A stretch of DNA of 64,000 nucleotides from an uncultured Methanoregulaceae archaeon (GTDB lineage: Archaea; Halobacteriota; Methanomicrobia; Methanomicrobiales; Methanospirillaceae), in the NCBI GenBank assembly GCA_963705255.1, contig OY970061.1:736001-800000 (forward strand). Reading direction: 5' to 3'. A program made the position numbers and the translations under genes. Position 1 is the stretch's first letter; the number at the start of each line of letters is the position of its first letter. This document shows positions 30,060-40,791 of this stretch, one piece after another. Below the pieces are notes generated by a model. The model searched no databases. It had not been told where the DNA came from and worked only from the letters and a program-made list of their open reading frames with translations.

Positions 30060-31682
30060 CTATTGTCCCGGTGCTGCCATGTTCTGGAGTGCTTCCGGGC
30101 TGAAGAACATCCCGACAAAGATAGGGGCTATCAGAAGCACCAGACCGGTCAATGTACAGAATATTGCTATGTAGAAATAATACATATACCGATCGCCACC
30201 ACCCACAACCCGTGCCGCGATGACATTGGAGGCCGTGATTATCGTGAGGATAATGACGACAAACGTCCCCATCTGCCCTTCCGGAAAATTCGAGAACATG
30301 TTGAGCCCGCCGAGGGCCTGTCCTGCAGAGACCCCCCCGCCCAGGGACGATCCCGCTGATACTGCCGACTGGTTCTGGAACTGCTTCATCATGGTTGCTA
30401 CAGAACCCGTAAGCACGACCATGATACGGTAGAGGGCGACCAGGATCCCCGCCATCGCCAGGTGCATGGGAACCAGTAAGACAATAAAACTCCGGGCATG
30501 CATATCTTTCTTCTCCCGCAGGAGGGTCTGCTCGAGCATGGACGACCCGACAACGGTCCCGATAGGTTCCGGTGGCCCCCCGAGAGTGACCGTGTCCAGG
30601 TAAATATTGAGATATTTGTAGATGAGGTTGCTCCCCGATTCCCCGATGAATTTGTCCCATATCTGCTTGTCATCGAGGCCGAGGTTCATCTTGGAATAGA
30701 CCGAATTTACGAGCGGTTCAAGAGCGGTGAGGGACTTCCTGTCGATGGTCCCAAGAGCGTGCACGGCCGTTGTCCCCTGGCCGCCCATGACTGCCCCGAG
30801 ACTCCTGATGAAGACGGAGAAATCATTGTCGCGCAGGGTTATGTTGGAGTCGTCGATGAAACCGATAATCCCCAGCGGGGCCATCAGGATCCCGATCAGG
30901 AGAAATATCATCCCGGCACTGACGCCCAGGAGGGACAGGACGATAAATGCCGCAATGGTCAGCGGTACGATGACCCGTTCCATGGCATGGATCGTCTGCT
31001 GCTCCTTTGAGGACCGGGTCATGAGCCCGTGGGTTTTTGAATCATCCGGCACGGACTGGTACATGAGCACATTGCCAAATACGCAGATAACGAGTACGAT
31101 GCCATAGGCCATGTCCAGGGTTGATTCCATACCCGTGGGAGAATAAATCGCCACAGAGATCATGATCGTTACCGCGATCACGGTCCCGGAAAGGAGCATG
31201 GCTATGTACGCGTCCCCCCATTTTTTGAGGAGCTCGAGCCCCTGCTCGACCTGGCTCCGGTAGACCGTCCGCACGGTTGCAAGCTCATTTTTAAGGAAAT
31301 CATCGTCCGGCACACCCGATTCGATCGCATTTGCGTACCGGTTGAGCATGCTCTGGAGGATGGTGTTGTTGGTCCTTTCAGCAACGATGCTGAGTGCTTC
31401 GGAATAACTGTAACTCCATTTCTTGACAAACGTGTCGACTTTGCTGATGTACTTGGAAGAGACGTACTCCTTCCTGTTGGCAGCAAAAGAGAAAATTTCC
31501 GGGCGGGACGCATTGGCAAGGGCCAGGGATGCCATGTAGGTGTTCATGAAGAGCAGGTCGGCACCCATTCTCTTGTTCTCGGTGACCTGACCAAGTTTTT
31601 CCTTGAAGCTCTCCACCATTGATGCAAAGGGGAGGTGCCTGCCCTCTTTCTTCTGGTCCTGGTCGTGTCCCGGATCAGCCAT
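30060..31682 (-). CDS. flaJ: Archaellum membrane platform protein
   Basis: Multi-TM T2SSF-like protein (W.YSYSEA, F..ESGS.LI) directly downstream of flaI. Confidence 0.93.
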   Translation of the reverse strand: MADPGHDQDQKKEGRHLPFASMVESFKEKLGQVTENKRMGADLLFMNTYMASLALANASRPEIFSFAANRKEYVSSKYISKVDTFVKKWSYSYSEALSIVAERTNNTILQSMLNRYANAIESGVPDDDFLKNELATVRTVYRSQVEQGLELLKKWGDAYIAMLLSGTVIAVTIMISVAIYSPTGMESTLDMAYGIVLVICVFGNVLMYQSVPDDSKTHGLMTRSSKEQQTIHAMERVIVPLTIAAFIVLSLLGVSAGMIFLLIGILMAPLGIIGFIDDSNITLRDNDFSVFIRSLGAVMGGQGTTAVHALGTIDRKSLTALEPLVNSVYSKMNLGLDDKQIWDKFIGESGSNLIYKYLNIYLDTVTLGGPPEPIGTVVGSSMLEQTLLREKKDMHARSFIVLLVPMHLAMAGILVALYRIMVVLTGSVATMMKQFQNQSAVSAGSSLGGGVSAGQALGGLNMFSNFPEGQMGTFVVIILTIITASNVIAARVVGGGDRYMYYFYIAIFCTLTGLVLLIAPIFVGMFFSPEALQNMAAPGQ

Positions 31683-31683
31683 A

Positions 31684-33561
31684 TCAGGAACCGATGGTCA
31701 GGAGACCCTGTTTCTTGATCTTGGTCATCATGTGGAACAGGTCCCAGAACTTGGTGTAGCCGGCCTTATGGAGCCGTTCAAGAATTTTTGCCCGTTTCTC
31801 GACTTCAAGGTAAATTTCAGACTTCTTGCTGTCCGGCATTCCCAGCATCGTCGCAATCTTGTTCTCCAGCAGATAGGAACTGCCTTTTCCTGACCACGTG
31901 AATGTATCGGTCACCGGCTCCCAACTGAACATCTCGACAAAAGTGAACCCCTGGGTTTCCGGGTTGAAACCCACCAGTTCGTTGCAGCTGATCATCCGGC
32001 GCACCAGCTGGCCGTCAGGACGCTTCACTGCGCTCTGGATGATCACGAGGTTGAGGTTATCGACATAGGTCCTCGGGATATTGATGGGATCCCCGCACAG
32101 GCGCTGGATCAGCTTCTCGACGGAAGCCGCGTGGAAGGTGCTCATGACCGGGTGGCCTGTCTGCATCGCGCCGAATGCCACGCTCCCCTCGACACCACGG
32201 ATTTCACCGACAAGGATCTGGTTGGGGCGCTGACGCAGGGCTGCCTTGAGCAGATCGAACATGGTCACTTCTCCGCCTGCCGCAGCACCTCCCGATCCTT
32301 CGCCTTTTCCCTTTGCAAGTGCAACTTCCCGGATCCAGTTCCGGTGAGGTACATTCAGCTCGGGTGTGTCTTCTATCGTGACAATCTTGTTTTCAGGAGG
32401 GATGAATGCGGTAATTGCATTCAGGAGCGTGGTTTTTCCGCTTGCTGTCTCGCCGGAAACGAAGAGCGACATGCCGTATTCGACGCAGATCCAGATGTAC
32501 GCCGCGGCCAGGTAATCGATACCGTTGCTTTCCACGATATTGAGGATGCTCAGGGGGACCTCGTTCACCTTACGGATGGAAAAGTTGCTGCCATGGCGAC
32601 TGATGGCAGTTCCATAGACAATATTGATACGTGAACCATCCAGCAGTGTGGCATCAACAATGGGACTCCTGTAGGTGATTGGGCGTTTGATCCGTTCCGC
32701 CATCTTGACGACGAACTCGTCCAGTTCGCTCGATACCTTGAATTCGATGACGGATTTTAACCCTTTGAAGATCTTATGTTCGATGAAGATCGGCCCGATA
32801 CCGTCACAGGAGATATCTTCGATATAGGAGTCGGAGAGGAAGGGTTTGAGCACGCCCATATCGATCTTGTCCCGGATGAGCAGGTACTCGATCGCCTGGT
32901 ACTCCTCGTTGGTCAGGATCACCTTCCCATCCGGGGTAAGCGGAACCTGGTGCTTCTTCTTGGTATCCTTCATCTTCTGCTTGGCAGTGAAGTCCGTGCT
33001 CAGGAAGGTCGTGATCTTCGACTTGATATCCTGCTGGCCGGCCCCGCTACCCATATACTGGGAGATATCCTTGTTTTTCTGCTTGATCACGGCGACCGAT
33101 GCCAGCATCTTCTTGATGACTTCCGCCCGTTCCTTGTCGCTGATCGGGTCCTCTTCGAGCCCGTCGATGAGGTCGATGAGCTTGGTCTCGATGACCGGGA
33201 GCATCTGGTTCACGCTGTGGAGGAACGACGGTTCGATGGGGATGTAGAAGTTCCTGACATCATCCGGGTCGGGAAGGATATGGACAAAGGTTGTCTCGTT
33301 CACCGGGTAGATGATGTTCGGGCTCTTCATGGAGCGGAGGTCTTTCTTGAGTTCGGAGAGGAAGAGGGGGATCCCGTACGTATTTACCGGGAATATGTGG
33401 AGGTATTCGAGAAGGTGCGGGCTGGCCTTCACGTACTCCTTGGCATTTGCCGGGAGCATTTTATACAGGGCGCTGGACTCGATATCGGTATAAAAATCAA
33501 TGTTGGAGTCCACCACCTCAGGTTTGAACGGCAGGTTTATGGCTACGGTCGGCGTGCCCAT
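31684..33561 (-). CDS. flaI: Archaellum motor ATPase
   Basis: GETASGKTT, TIEDTPE, LRQRP, VGEIRG and TGHPVMSTFHA motifs. Confidence 0.96.
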   Translation of the reverse strand: MGTPTVAINLPFKPEVVDSNIDFYTDIESSALYKMLPANAKEYVKASPHLLEYLHIFPVNTYGIPLFLSELKKDLRSMKSPNIIYPVNETTFVHILPDPDDVRNFYIPIEPSFLHSVNQMLPVIETKLIDLIDGLEEDPISDKERAEVIKKMLASVAVIKQKNKDISQYMGSGAGQQDIKSKITTFLSTDFTAKQKMKDTKKKHQVPLTPDGKVILTNEEYQAIEYLLIRDKIDMGVLKPFLSDSYIEDISCDGIGPIFIEHKIFKGLKSVIEFKVSSELDEFVVKMAERIKRPITYRSPIVDATLLDGSRINIVYGTAISRHGSNFSIRKVNEVPLSILNIVESNGIDYLAAAYIWICVEYGMSLFVSGETASGKTTLLNAITAFIPPENKIVTIEDTPELNVPHRNWIREVALAKGKGEGSGGAAAGGEVTMFDLLKAALRQRPNQILVGEIRGVEGSVAFGAMQTGHPVMSTFHAASVEKLIQRLCGDPINIPRTYVDNLNLVIIQSAVKRPDGQLVRRMISCNELVGFNPETQGFTFVEMFSWEPVTDTFTWSGKGSSYLLENKIATMLGMPDSKKSEIYLEVEKRAKILERLHKAGYTKFWDLFHMMTKIKKQGLLTIGS

Positions 33562-33562
33562 A

Positions 33563-34294
33563 TCAGACCCTCGCGAAACTCATCGGGATAACCTTCATGC
33601 CATATCCGGGATGGACTTCGAAACTGACAAGGTTTCCGGTTGTCTTGTGAGCACCCCGCACTTTGATAACTTCCATCACCATGACATATTTATCGCCGAC
33701 CAGGGCTTTTTTCATGTTGAGGTGTGCGTCACAGATGGACCGGATCCGGACGAGCGTATCCTCCTCGAACGCATAGGTATGGAGCGTGACAAGGATCGTC
33801 TTGCCATGGTCAACAAGGGACTTGCAGTTGGTGAAGAACGTAAGGATGGTGTCGGTCTTCGCATATTCCGTAAAGAGAGTGAGTGAATCGACAACGATGA
33901 CCTGCGACTTGCTCTTCTGGATGTGGGATATGAGATGGCTCAGTATCCCTTCCATCTCCTCTTTTTTCCATTCGAACCCGACGACGTGCAGGGGAAACAC
34001 TTTCAGGTATCCCCAGGCAAAATATTCGGAGATATCAAGGCTCATCGACTCCATCTGCTTGATGAAACTCTTGCTGGTGCTCTCCGTGGTAAAGAGATCG
34101 ACAGACAACCCCTGTTTCATGGCGCCCCAGATGATCTGCTGGGTGAGGACGCTCTTGCCCGTATCGTTCTCCCCTTCGATGAGCGTGAGCGATTCGAGCG
34201 GCAGGCCGTCAGCTATCTTCTTGTCCAGCTCGCTGTTGCCGGTGGAGATGATCTTCCGGTCCTCGCCCCCCATCAGGTCCGAAATGTTAGCCAC
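33563..34294 (-). CDS. flaH: Archaellum RecA/KaiC-like ATPase
   Basis: EGENDTGKS, VVDSLT and RIRSICDAH motifs. Confidence 0.94.
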   Translation of the reverse strand: MANISDLMGGEDRKIISTGNSELDKKIADGLPLESLTLIEGENDTGKSVLTQQIIWGAMKQGLSVDLFTTESTSKSFIKQMESMSLDISEYFAWGYLKVFPLHVVGFEWKKEEMEGILSHLISHIQKSKSQVIVVDSLTLFTEYAKTDTILTFFTNCKSLVDHGKTILVTLHTYAFEEDTLVRIRSICDAHLNMKKALVGDKYVMVMEVIKVRGAHKTTGNLVSFEVHPGYGMKVIPMSFARV

Positions 34295-34314
34295 AAAGAT
34301 CTCCTGCAGACAGA

Positions 34315-34800
34315 TTATACGATCGTGGAAGCATAAACCCCGTTATTCGTGCAAATCCCGACCCGGAACTGAAACGGTATTGATCCGGGATAGTACGCGT
34401 TCACATACATCGATTCGCCGGGGTCGAGTTCCCCGGGGTGAACATAGGCGTTGATGACGGATCCGCTCCATGAATAGGGTAACGTAGTGACGGTCGCGTT
34501 GTACAGGTATTCCGAGTAGCCGGCTCCCCCGACCGTGTACACGAAGACATCGGTATGGGGAAAATCAGAGATGGTCTCCGTACCGGTATTCGTGATGGTG
34601 AGGTTGATAACACTTCCGGAGACCGTTACATTGGTGATACTGAGATCGGTGTGGAGCCGGGACTCCTGGAGCAGGGTCATGTCTTTCTGGGCGTTCGAGA
34701 CCACCTCCGCTGCGTTGAGCACATTGCCGACAAGGAGGTAAGCGACAATGATGATCAACATTGTACCGATCGCGGTTCCGATAATCTCAGCAACGGCCAT
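34315..34800 (-). CDS. flaF: Archaellum stator protein
   Basis: N-terminal TM helix, TNTG and LDPGE motifs; positioned after flaG. Confidence 0.8.
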   Translation of the reverse strand: MAVAEIIGTAIGTMLIIIVAYLLVGNVLNAAEVVSNAQKDMTLLQESRLHTDLSITNVTVSGSVINLTITNTGTETISDFPHTDVFVYTVGGAGYSEYLYNATVTTLPYSWSGSVINAYVHPGELDPGESMYVNAYYPGSIPFQFRVGICTNNGVYASTIV

Positions 34801-34806
34801 GGCAGA

Positions 34807-35304
34807 TCAAGTCGAGGGGAACTGGCTCGACCGCGAGACACTGTTCGGGAGAATGAACTGGAAGTACATCATGGTTCCTGACCCCCACCCTTGTCCGTAA
34901 TTCGCATCAATCTCGAGCGTCTCACCGGGGTCCCAGTAATTGTTGTTGTTGAGATCGTAGAGCGTGTAGGTCCATTTTCCAGGCGAGGGGGGAGGGGGCA
35001 GGGTCAGGGTCAGATGTTGGACGTTCCCGACCGGGCCAAAGATGACGTCCGAACTCCCGATCTCACTTTTCGAGACCGCCTGGCTGCCGACATTCTTCAC
35101 GAACACCTGCGCAGTCCCCGTGGGACTGGCGAACGTGGCCACGATAACAAAATCGGTACGGAGCCGGACGTCTGTAGCATGCGTGGACGATGAGAAAGTT
35201 CCTGCCATCTGGTAAACGACCGGGAAGATCGCGTTGATGAGCACCGCTGCTGCTACGACAGCAGTTATCAGGAAAATTGCGGTGGTGAATGTGTCCGCAG
35301 ACAT
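34807..35304 (-). CDS. flaG: Archaellum stator protein
   Basis: TAIFLITAVVAA, VKNVG and WDPGET motifs. Confidence 0.85.
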   Translation of the reverse strand: MSADTFTTAIFLITAVVAAAVLINAIFPVVYQMAGTFSSSTHATDVRLRTDFVIVATFASPTGTAQVFVKNVGSQAVSKSEIGSSDVIFGPVGNVQHLTLTLPPPPSPGKWTYTLYDLNNNNYWDPGETLEIDANYGQGWGSGTMMYFQFILPNSVSRSSQFPST

Positions 35305-35307
35305 CGG

Positions 35308-36246
35308 TTAGATCCTGTCGGGAAGATTCATCCACTCTTCGTCTTTCTCTTTCTCGCTTGACTTCTTATCCCGTGCAGGAATGCCGGAGAGGTCGATCTT
35401 CTCTTCGCGCCTCCCGTTCTTTGTCGCCGGGCCCTGCTGCCGCTGCTCCATCATGACCTCGATCATGTCCCGGTCGAGTGACGTGTCGTTCGGCACGAGA
35501 ATGCGGTTCAGGGAATAGAGTTCGGCGACAAACTCGTCGGGGCCCACCTCGTGCTCTTCGCCAAGATTGGCCGGCATAAGCCGGGAAATCTCCCGGATCT
35601 CATCGGAGGATTCTTTCGAGATGTAGCCCATCACCCGGTACGATTCGAGGATGATCTCGAGCCGGTCGTGCCCGTATTTTTTCACCGACTCGTGGGTCCA
35701 CTTGAAGAGTTTGTACACCTTCTGGAGCCGGAGTTTTTCACTTGCAGGGGTCTGGACGAGAGGGGTATTCTTTGACAGAGCCCCCATCTGGGATCTCAGG
35801 GCGGCAAACATCTGCTCGTCCAGCATCTTTCTTTCCTCGTTCGCTGGCGGTGTCACCGCTGGCGCGGCCTGCGGGGAGATCGGTTCTGCCTTTACCGGCT
35901 TTGGCGGCGGGGTCTCGTTCCTGGACTCGGTCTCCATCTTTGCCTGCTCTGCCTCCATCTGGGATTCCCGTGCATCGAGCGCAGCTTCACGGGCCTCGAG
36001 TGCCGATTTTCTGGCTTCACCAGCATCTGTTGATAGAGACTCCGCTCCTGCTCCCGGACTGCCCGATGCTGTAAGGGAGAGGGGGTTCTGCATCTCGTTC
36101 ATCCGTTCCCGTATGTCCATCAGAAGACGTTTGATGGAAGTCTTGATGAGGTCCACCTCGCGCTCGAGATTCTGGAGCTTGACCTCGGGATCGTCCTCAG
36201 ATGCGGCAGTAATAATATGGTCGACCTGAGACTGGTTTACCGCCAT
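35308..36246 (-). CDS. FlaC/D/E-family archaellum switch protein
   Basis: N-terminal coiled coil ending ...NP (FlaC-like) and W...KYG...L..ILE.Y...GYIS (FlaD/E-like); canonical position in the operon. Confidence 0.72.
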   Translation of the reverse strand: MAVNQSQVDHIITAASEDDPEVKLQNLEREVDLIKTSIKRLLMDIRERMNEMQNPLSLTASGSPGAGAESLSTDAGEARKSALEAREAALDARESQMEAEQAKMETESRNETPPPKPVKAEPISPQAAPAVTPPANEERKMLDEQMFAALRSQMGALSKNTPLVQTPASEKLRLQKVYKLFKWTHESVKKYGHDRLEIILESYRVMGYISKESSDEIREISRLMPANLGEEHEVGPDEFVAELYSLNRILVPNDTSLDRDMIEVMMEQRQQGPATKNGRREEKIDLSGIPARDKKSSEKEKDEEWMNLPDRI

Positions 36247-36635
36247 AAGGTATCTATTCGTTATATTACATTTTTAACTAATAAACATTCTTGTACTGAA
36301 ATACGCGGAAATCGGGATGGAGCTAAAAAATATCGCGGATATTCAGAGGTTTCAGATACCCGTTCCTCTGCAGCATGCATCTCCTCCTCAACCGGATCAG
36401 GAATAAACCTGAAACAGGTTCTGATCTGAGGTGCCGGGCAGAATTCATTACCAGTTCTGACCCGTGCGTGCCCGGATTTTCCAGTGATCCGGCATTCCAC
36501 TGAAGGATGTCAACGGTATCAATACTGACGGAGAGATAAAAACCATGTATCAAAGAACTGCGAGATTGTATTTTTGTTCCTGATGTGCAGACGATGGACC
36601 CGGGCAATCCGGATTTCCCGGAAAATAAAAAAAGA

Positions 36636-37257
36636 TTAATAGAGGACGTTTACAGAATCGATTGCCGCAGGAGCGGTCCGTTGAATACTGAATGCTGCAC
36701 CGACCGACGGCCTGACTTCAATGGTAAACTGGTCGTTTGCAATAATTTGGTTAGTCGGTTCGCAACTGATGGTGAACTGCTCGTTTGGCTGAAGCAGCGG
36801 TGAGGCGGTAACAGAGTTACCGTTCGGCGCATTCTGGATCTCGGTAATTGCCCACCCACCAGTACCTGGGTTGGTTTATCGGTACTAGAGCTCGATATCC
36901 GGCGCCGTCAACGTTTCCAGGGTGGTTGCATTACTGAGAACAAAAACCATTTTTGAGAAGTCGATTGGTGTTCCGCCGGGGGCTAATCCCATGCTGAAGT
37001 TGACATACGTAATCGTGTCGCTGACAGTTCCGGTGCCGGAACCTGTGCCATACACGTTCCCGACAATCTCCAGGGTCGAACTTGACTGTTCAACGCTGGT
37101 ATGCACAGTCTGCTGTGCTTTCTGGGTCGTGAAAAATCCGGCGCCGAGCACCACGTATGAGAAACCGGCAGCGACAACAACGAATGCGATCAGCACGATC
37201 GCTGCCTCGAGGCCGGTAAAACCATCTTCGCAGGCTGGAACAGAATCCACGGGTCAT
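36636..37257 (-). CDS. flaB: Second archaellin, disrupted in this sequence (in-frame TAG and TAA at ~36875-36887)
   Basis: GFTGLEAAIVLIAFVVVAA N-terminus. The same frame resumes after the stops (GTGGWAITEIQN...VNVLY*), consistent with three 1-nt insertions. Confidence 0.8.
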
Positions 37258-37644
37258 CCCCCTGTGTGTCCTATGTCAACGGAGTTGTATCTCAGCGATT
37301 AAGGAATAATTGCATATAAATTTATGCGAAACGGCCTCCTCATTTCATACGGACGGTAGGTACAGACCAACCGGTGCTGCCGTGCTCTCATGGTATAGTA
37401 CGTGTCGTTGCACATCGGTTCCAGGAGAGATCAACTCTGTTGCATTTCTGGAGATTATCACGGCCTTGTCAAAGCCGGCCGCTCTCCTGCCGGGAGCCGC
37501 CCTGGCGCTGAAGGAGGCAAAAGACGGGTCCGGGTTGTACCTGGAGATGTCCCAAAGACACAATGGCGATCTCCGGACGTGAGCGTGTTCGCACAGACGA
37601 TGGACCCGGGCAATCCGGATTCCACGAACAGATTAAAAAAAAGG

Positions 37645-38256
37645 TTAGTAGAGGACGTTCACCGCATTGATTGCCGCAGGAGCGGTCCGTGAAATACTGA
37701 ATGCTGCGCCGACTGACGGCCTGACTTCAATGGAAAACACATCGTTTTCCTGAATGGCATTGGTCGGTTCGCAACTGATGGTGAACTGCTCGTTTGGCTG
37801 GAGCAGCGGTGATGCGGTACTGGCATCACCGTTCGGCGAATTCTGGATCTCGGTAATTGCCCACCCACCAGTAGCGGGTTGCTGTATCGTCCCACTGGTC
37901 ATGGTCGGCGGCGCCAAGGTTTCCAGGGTGCTTGAATTACTGTAAACCATGACCACTTTTGAGAAGTCGATCGGTGTTCCGCCGGGGGCTAATCCCATGC
38001 TGAAGTTGACATACGTAATCGTGTCGCCGACAGCTCCGGTGCCGGAACCCGTACCATATACGTTCCCGACAATCTCCAGGGTCGAACTCGACTGTTCAAC
38101 ACTGGTGTGCACGGTCTGCTGTGCCTTCTGGGTCGTGAAGAACCCGGCACCCAATACTACATAGGAGAACACCGCCGCAACGACAACGAATGCGATCAGC
38201 ACAATCGCTGCCTCGAGGCCGGTGAATCCCTCGTCATCTGATCTGAACGATTTCAT
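37645..38256 (-). CDS. flaB: Archaellin
   Basis: Class III signal peptide DEG|FTGLEAAIVLIAFVVVAAVFSY; GAGGTG Shine-Dalgarno before MKSF. Confidence 0.96.
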   Translation of the reverse strand: MKSFRSDDEGFTGLEAAIVLIAFVVVAAVFSYVVLGAGFFTTQKAQQTVHTSVEQSSSTLEIVGNVYGTGSGTGAVGDTITYVNFSMGLAPGGTPIDFSKVVMVYSNSSTLETLAPPTMTSGTIQQPATGGWAITEIQNSPNGDASTASPLLQPNEQFTISCEPTNAIQENDVFSIEVRPSVGAAFSISRTAPAAINAVNVLY

Positions 38257-38591
38257 AAATTCACCTCTATAATTCATAGACGCCAGCAGAATCTAACGTC
38301 TACATGTGATTAAAGAATCTTATTGCATAAATAGTTTGCTACAAAAAATTCGGATAATTATTTCATTCCAGAAATTTTGCTGTAAAAAAATTCCCATATT
38401 CCGCGATCTGGTATACCAGAACGACCGGAATTCCATAACTGTCCAATAACAGCACGATACTTGATTTAACGTTCTGAAAGAAGAGAAAATTCTCATAGGA
38501 TAGCACCCCCGTGGATTTCTGCCGGGGCGGTACGTGAGATCCCCGGCTGCACCCGATAGCCGGTCTGATTTCAAGGCCGGACGGGTCGTTT

Positions 38592-39066
38592 TGTAGACCC
38601 TACCGGTAATTCCTCCTGCACTGCCCGGAACGGTCCGCCACTTTCAAAGAGGCAATTTCGATTTCCTTCCCGGTTCGGCACAGCAGCGATCCTCGACTCC
38701 CCGGCATCTGCAGAGATCCATGAACAGTGGCAGCCGGGGCAGGGGTTTCCAGATGCATGCGCGTTGGTAACGACAAGCGTTCAAAACCGGCTGCAATCCC
38801 GCACGGAGCTAACCCGGAGCTGAAATTCCGGGTTTTGATTGGGTCATCAGCCTGTCCGGTCCCTCGACGCTACCGGCGCCCTCCGGGGCTCAGCCGGCCT
38901 GCCCTCTACCCGAGTGCATGACTTTCCGGCTCTTGCTGGTCGTGAAGAGAACCAGCGCCGCGCACCAGGTACAAGAACCCCGGCGCAACGACAACGGATG
39001 CGATCAGCACGATCGCGACCCCAATGACGATAAATTCTTCATCCTGGTTTCTGAATACGCTGACAA
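38592..39066 (-). pseudogene. Decayed archaellin relic
   Basis: Fragments FRNQDEEFIVIGVAIVLIASVVVAPGFLYLVRGAG / FTTSKS / NFSSGLAPCG / LETPAP / RTVPG are colinear with flaB. AGGTGA SD is retained; no ATG; contains stops and frameshifts. Confidence 0.8.
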
Positions 39067-39301
39067 TTCACCTGACGGTATCCGCGGACGCCAGTATGCA
39101 CAGATGTCCATTAAATGTAAAAAACATGCGTATATATTCAACATTTTTTAAAATCTGAAAATATAGATAGGGAGGTAATGTAATATTTCCCCTTTATACA
39201 CGTCAGGAACTGAATTGTTAATTACCATCAAACAAAACATAAGAGAATGGATAGTAAAACAAGAATTTATGTAGAGAAAACGAACAGGTTACTTACATCT
39301 G

Positions 39302-40174
39302 ATGGATAAAAAAGACATTCTGTATGGTATAATCGCCCTTGCGATTATACTGGTCATTGCCCTTGTTGTCAAACCATTAGCCACCGGCCATCCTGTCAAT
39401 ATGGGAATTCCTGTGCCGACCACACCGGTTCCCCAGTCCACGCAGGCAGTCCCGCTCCAGAATTACAGTCAGGTCAGGCAGGTGGTCGTCTTTTCTACCA
39501 CCGTCCCGACGCCGACCCCGGTCCCGACCTGGAATTCGACGGTTGTCCAGGGAAATTTTGTCAGTCCTTCGACGTATGGAGTTACGTTCAACCAGTCCAT
39601 TTCCCATGGTACAAGGGTCCCAAGTATACCGCAAAATTCGAGTATGATTACCTATGCCAACATATCCGGTCAGTTGAGTGGCACATCCAGTATCATGTAT
39701 ATCCCGTTCCCTTACTGGGAACTCTGGTACACGGTTGATCCGTATCCGGACCAGACACCTCCAACAATAAAGATTGTACCGACAATGGGTGTAGGGATCT
39801 CATACAGCGGGATATCCGGTTCGTATTCAACACTAAATCCCCAGTTTACCATCCAGGTAATGGATGGGAATGACCCCAACCGCATCGTCAGGACAATCTC
39901 CCCCCCGGGGGGAATTAACCTGGATTTATGGACCGGCGTGTATAAAAAACCCCAAGCTGTATCGACCGCTCCCGCGGCGATCTGGACGCCGGTGGTACAA
40001 ACCAATATCAAATACCAGACTCAACCTACCCCTCCTCCTGCATACGACCCGAGGCCGTGGGTTGAGAAGTTTTTCGAAGGACAGAGAGATTATTATTTCA
40101 TCATCACTGCACAGTCTCTGCAATCCTATTCCATCCAGATCCGTGTGCCGACATCCTATATCGGGAAATACTGA
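39302..40174 (+). CDS. Hypothetical membrane-anchored surface protein
   Basis: N-terminal TM helix, Pro/Thr linker, IPFPYWEL and DPRPW.EKFFEG...YYF segments. Confidence 0.78.
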   Translation: MDKKDILYGIIALAIILVIALVVKPLATGHPVNMGIPVPTTPVPQSTQAVPLQNYSQVRQVVVFSTTVPTPTPVPTWNSTVVQGNFVSPSTYGVTFNQSISHGTRVPSIPQNSSMITYANISGQLSGTSSIMYIPFPYWELWYTVDPYPDQTPPTIKIVPTMGVGISYSGISGSYSTLNPQFTIQVMDGNDPNRIVRTISPPGGINLDLWTGVYKKPQAVSTAPAAIWTPVVQTNIKYQTQPTPPPAYDPRPWVEKFFEGQRDYYFIITAQSLQSYSIQIRVPTSYIGKY

Positions 40175-40314
40175 TTGCGCACCGTTTTTTGCTGGAGCGG
40201 GGGGACGACCGATCCCGGATGTCAGGTGAATATCTCTGCAGATTCACGTGATGAACCCCGGATGGGGAACAACCTCGATTGAAAAAGGGTAAGTGATCCG
40301 GTATCTGAAAAAAC

Positions 40315-40692
40315 TTAATCGAATTTTTTCTTGCCCATGGATTCGATATACATGAACTCTTTTCCGACTTCTATCACATTCTTCTTGTCTTCGGGGATGA
40401 CGATCTCGAAGTTTGAATAGTCCTTCATGTCCATGACCTGGGCCATATTCCCTGCAATCGAAAGGACCTGCCCGCTCTTGCGTTCGACCACCGGAATATA
40501 CGTCTTTGCCGAGACCGGCTGGACAATGGACCGTTTGACACCGTCAAAAATCCCCACGGCATCGATCCGGGCTTTTGCTGCCCCATGCTTGCCGGGTTTC
40601 GACGTGGCAATCCCTACCACCTTGCAGGGTTCATCCTCGATAACGATATAGCGGCCTTCCTTGATCTTCCCGATCTCTGTCTGTTCTTTCAT
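40315..40692 (-). CDS. eif5a: Translation factor aIF-5A
   Basis: Hypusine motif SKPGKHGAAK. Confidence 0.97.
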   Translation of the reverse strand: MKEQTEIGKIKEGRYIVIEDEPCKVVGIATSKPGKHGAAKARIDAVGIFDGVKRSIVQPVSAKTYIPVVERKSGQVLSIAGNMAQVMDMKDYSNFEIVIPEDKKNVIEVGKEFMYIESMGKKKFD

Positions 40693-40791
40693 TCCGTTCT
40701 CACCTTAAATGCCATCATATGGTAAACGCGTTAGTAATTTATCTCTATTGCATTACATAAATACAGCGTTGATAAACGAACCGCGGATGTC

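Noticed and set aside
36885-36887. Pyrrolysine read-through at the TAG in the second archaellin
   Set aside because: A TAA follows three codons later, three 1-nt insertions explain the lesion, and no pyl genes are present.
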